Origin: Phormidium sp.
GTDB lineage: Bacteria > Cyanobacteriota > Cyanobacteriia > Cyanobacteriales > Aerosakkonemataceae
Direction: 5' to 3'
Assembly (NCBI GenBank): GCA_051013385.1
Contig: CP143273.1
Coordinates: 544,001-608,000 of the forward strand
Length of the DNA stretch: 64,000 nt
Of this stretch, positions 60,392-64,000 are shown piece after piece. The notes under the pieces were generated by a model. The model was not told the origin of the DNA. It was given only the letters and a program-made list of their open reading frames with translations, and did no database searches. The position numbers and the translations under genes were made by a program. Each line of letters starts with the position of its first letter. Within the stretch, counting starts at the first letter, position 1.

Positions 60392-60474
60392 GACAGGCAA
60401 CTCTTGAATAAAAGTTTAAGTTAACCGAAACGTGAGCTATACTCGGCGCGGTCACAAACTGTGGTTTTTGATTT

Positions 60475-60546
60475 GTAGGGGCGAAGCATTCCGGCAATAA
60501 TTTGTTGGTTATCGCCAAATATATGTACCGGAATGCTTCGCCCCTA
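60475..60546. repeat. REPIN-like GTAGGGGCGAAGCATTCCGG...CCGGAATGCTTCGCCCCTAC
   Basis: Inverted arms. Confidence 0.82.
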
Positions 60547-60837
60547 CTCTATGACCGTGAACAGTATAATTCGATCTATTCTGCAATTTAATGGGTAGCG
60601 TTAGCTAGTGCAACAAGGCTCCAAGGCTCCAAGGCAGAAAGCTCGCCGGAAAGAATGCTTTTCTGTTCAGCTTTTCAGAAGTTTTCAACTGCTCAATCTT
60701 TCTGCTGTACTCCACTAGTGACAGCCAATATCTCACCCCGGAAAAACACTTTACTGTAAGTATTAGATTTTACAGTTAATTTGGGCAAGTTATAAATATA
60801 AGTTGTTCAGCATCTACTATTTGGAGAAAAAAAGTTT

Positions 60838-61038
60838 ATGAATATTCATGTTTTCCGAGCCGAACTATATAGAAACGAAAACAAAACTAAAGGATTTACA
60901 ACTGTTGACTTCATGGCGCATATCTTTGTAGTAATCATGTTTGTCTTTACGATGTTAGTTTACTTTACTTCATCAAATACCTGCCAAAGTACAGCTTGCT
61001 ATGGGCCGAAAATCTTCCGAGTTCCGGTTAGATATTAG
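60838..61038 (+). CDS. Possible small single-TM protein
   Basis: ATG with upstream GGAG, one hydrophobic segment; no family recognised. Confidence 0.4.
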   Translation: MNIHVFRAELYRNENKTKGFTTVDFMAHIFVVIMFVFTMLVYFTSSNTCQSTACYGPKIFRVPVRY

Positions 61039-61079
61039 TTAGAAAATCGATCGAGGTTAAAGGATAAACTGAGATAAGA

Positions 61080-61189
61080 GCACCATTCTCAACAAGACTT
61101 GAAAAACCGGGTTATGAACGAAAAAGCTGGGCTTTCAGATTTAGCTATTTGCAAGAAACCCGGTTTTTAGCCCGGGTGCAAGATCTGAG
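61080..61189. mobile_element. Left-truncated copy of the CTCAGAT..GCACCA MITE
   Basis: Colinear with 57304-57414. Confidence 0.75.
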
Positions 61190-61273
61190 TAAAGAAAAGT
61201 TCGTCAGCTTTCACCTGGATCTTTTAACCTAACTGTAAAATCTAGTAGTCAGAATCGCCAAATCTCGTAAAGT

Positions 61274-62521
61274 ATGAATTTAGAAGATCAGAGCCAAAAT
61301 TTGACATTGTTTGGGCTACCAGCAGAGCGGGGAAGATGGTTATTAATTCCTTTAGGGATGATCGTTTTGCTTTGCTTGGGGACAGTTTATTCCTGGAGCA
61401 TTTTTAGAAAGCCGCTAGAAACGTTACTCAATATTGGCGCAACCCAAAGTTTGTTACCTTACACTGTTGCCTTAGTTTTTTATGCAACACTGATGCCAAT
61501 CACGGGTTTTTATATCGATCGCATTGGCACCCGAAAAATTACTGCGATCGGTGGTTTAATTGCTGGAGTGGGATACATTCTTTCTAGTTTCGCCACCAAC
61601 ATCTCCGTGCTGGCTTTTACTTATGGGGTGATTGCAGGAAGTGGCGTTGGCATTGCTTATGGAGTACCGATGGTAGTTTCGGCTCGTTGGTTTCCCGATC
61701 AAAAAGGTCTAGCTGTTGGTTTGACTATTGTTGGTTTTGGGTTATCTCCGTTGGTAACGGCTCCCTTAGCGAAGAGTTTGATTGATGCTTATGGAATTAG
61801 ACAAACTTTGTTGATTCTGGGGATCGTTTTTACGAGCGCTATTTCATTAATTTCCCTGGCTCTGAAACTACCACCTCCAGGATGGAGCCCAAAAGGGAGA
61901 AATGTTTCTCAAACTAAGCAAATTTCAGTGCCAACTAATCGTCCCAATATGTTACAAACTCGTTCGTTTTACGGGTTGTGGGTTTGTTACATGATTGGTG
62001 CTTTAGTTGGGTTAAGCGCGATCGGCATTTCCAGCCCAGTAGCACAGGAAATTATCGAAATCGAGCCGGTTTTAGCTGCTAGTAGTGTTTCCCTATTTGC
62101 GGTTTTCAATGGTTTAAGTCGTCCTTTATTTGGCTGGTTAACCGATCGCTTTCCACCCAAATATGTAGCAACAGCAACCTACGTTTTGATTATCATTGCT
62201 TCCATTTTGATGATCAATGCTCGCTCTGGACAAGTCGCCACATACCTAATTGCATTCTGTTTATTTTGGTTCTGTTTAGGCGGATGGTTAGCACTCGCAC
62301 CCACAGCAACTTTGACTTTATTTAAACCAGAAAATTATGCCAAAAATTACGGAATTGTTTTTACAGCCTACGGTGTGGGCGCACTTTTGGGAACTGTGGT
62401 TGCCGGGAGAATTCGCGATCTGTTTGGAACCTACACCTACGCCTTTTATCCAACCGCGTTTCTCGCTGTAATTGGAATTGTGGTAGCGATTACAACATTA
62501 AAGCGCGATCCTCTCACCTGA
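61274..62521 (+). CDS. OFA-family MFS transporter (oxalate/formate antiporter-like)
   Basis: LGTVYSWSIF, WFPDQKGLAVG, NGLSRPLFGWLTDR, NYGIVFTAYG. Confidence 0.9.
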   Translation: MNLEDQSQNLTLFGLPAERGRWLLIPLGMIVLLCLGTVYSWSIFRKPLETLLNIGATQSLLPYTVALVFYATLMPITGFYIDRIGTRKITAIGGLIAGVGYILSSFATNISVLAFTYGVIAGSGVGIAYGVPMVVSARWFPDQKGLAVGLTIVGFGLSPLVTAPLAKSLIDAYGIRQTLLILGIVFTSAISLISLALKLPPPGWSPKGRNVSQTKQISVPTNRPNMLQTRSFYGLWVCYMIGALVGLSAIGISSPVAQEIIEIEPVLAASSVSLFAVFNGLSRPLFGWLTDRFPPKYVATATYVLIIIASILMINARSGQVATYLIAFCLFWFCLGGWLALAPTATLTLFKPENYAKNYGIVFTAYGVGALLGTVVAGRIRDLFGTYTYAFYPTAFLAVIGIVVAITTLKRDPLT

Positions 62522-62929
62522 TAGTTAATTGAACGCACCCCAACTAAATCGGAGATTATAGTTGGGGACTGGGCTCAACATTACTTGATGTTTGATAATT
62601 TTAGATATAAAAACAACCGAGAGAGTTAATCAGTTCTCGGATTATTTTGACTTTGCTCAACAGCGGAAACCCTGGCATAAGCAATTATCTCCAGGATTTC
62701 AGCAATTTTCTCCTGTTTGTTCACAAGCACCAATTCAGGTTTATTTTAGCGACGATCAAGAAATTCCTAAGATTTCTTTGACGCGATTGATTCCCATCCA
62801 TTCAGCTTCATCTAAACTGGGAATATTGGAATCATCTGCGATTACTTTATTTATGTCAGTATTAATGACATAATAACAATATTCAGTTTCTCTTCTCAAA
62901 TCAATTTCAATCACCAGAGAAGAACTAAA

Positions 62930-63731
62930 TTGAATTTGCTTAACTACCATAGCAGTAATCCTCAAGACACATCAATCCCATATCGCGTAGCGTCCAGATT
63001 TATCGCTATTCAAGTTCTTTATCCCAAAATAAAAACCCCAATATTGCTATTGAGGCTAATTCAACTAAACTGGTTTTTTGAATTGATCTGGCAAAAATCG
63101 AGAGCGATCGCCATCTTCATCTTCAATATCGTAAAGCCAACAGAAAACATTTCCGTGTTGTTTCAGCCTTTTATCCAAAACGGTGAGTTGGTCAGATGGC
63201 GATAAATTGCCAAAAATAGCCGATTTAAAAATCATTCAGGATTTTGATGAGAGCGAAGGTATAGAAAGAATTAATCTTTCCTTTGGCACAATTACAAATG
63301 GCGTGAAGGGATCGATTACAACAGCTTGCGCTATCATTCAAACAAGTAGTGAAGAAACCTTAACTTCCATACCTGCTCATCAATGGGTAGGAACATCACT
63401 GCAATTACAAAACCCTGATTCTAGTTGGGGAGAATTAGTTAACCTCAAAGGCGATAAAGGCTCACGAGGCTCACGAGGCTCACGAGGCGATAGTGGTCTC
63501 GGTGTCAGTGGGAGCGAAAAAATCTTATTTGCCGAAACTGAATTGTCACCATTAACGTCACAGTTCTTAGATATGGAAAATCCTTTGTTAACAATTCACA
63601 GAATTTCTGTGTCAAGTCCCGCCAGAATTAGAGGATATCTATCAACCGAATCTAGGAAGTTAGATAGTATTGCCAGCCATGTTTGCCAAAACTGGGATGT
63701 TCGGCGTTGCTTGGACTGTACTTGCCGCTGA
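62930..63731 (+). pseudogene. Degenerate gene, possibly phage tail-fibre-like, with short Gly-X-Y repeat
   Basis: Overlapping broken ORFs; PAHQWVGTSLQLQNPDSSWGELVNLKGDKGSRGSRGSRGDSG. Confidence 0.4.
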
Positions 63732-64000
63732 TGCACCATGTTTGCTAGTAGATTTATGCCATTTATAGAGGAATTCTCATTATGATGACTGAATTTAAAA
63801 ACCTTGCGAGTTGACCAAAAAGAATCAGATAAACTTTTACAAGAAACCTCAGAACCAGTAGAAACTGATGATGTCATGTAATGGTTTCATTGCTGCGCCA
63901 AGTTAGGGGTTGCTGCGATTAAGGAAAGCTCCTTTTCCATAGATGAGTTGTAATCAGAGACAAGCAAACACAAACACTAATTCAACTCAAACAATGGTAA

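Overview
Cyanobacterial chromosomal window: the HIP1 octamer GCGATCGC is abundant, and gene content and repeat load suggest a filamentous strain. Housekeeping genes occupy 1-6.5 kb (DUF3727, ruvX/yqgF, GNAT, acnB) and most of 28-62.5 kb (LysR, O-methyltransferase, dnaG, YraN, queA, ktrAB, two tocopherol genes, cobA/hemD, a PAS-GAF-PAS-GGDEF-EAL protein, coaE, tldD, an OFA-type MFS). Between acnB and a three-gene dynamin-like operon lies a ~15.5 kb accessory island (6.5-22 kb) built from two paralogous blocks. Each block has a sensor-less HTH-NB-ARC (STAND) gene transcribed divergently, across a homologous promoter scaffold, from a different cargo operon: membrane protein + AHH/HNH-like nuclease, or vWA + PP2C-TPR + Ser/Thr kinase + Zn-ribbon protein. 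Each cargo is followed by a REP-derived scaffold and toxin-antitoxin genes whose junctions and truncation points fall on HIP1 sites. Comparing the blocks gives filled/empty-site evidence for HIP1-bounded cassettes. The window also holds two RAYT transposases with their own REP families, MITEs nested in REPs, pseudogene fragments and a possible decayed phage tail-fibre gene. I saw no rRNA, tRNA or CRISPR array. All family calls come from motif recognition by eye; no searches were run.
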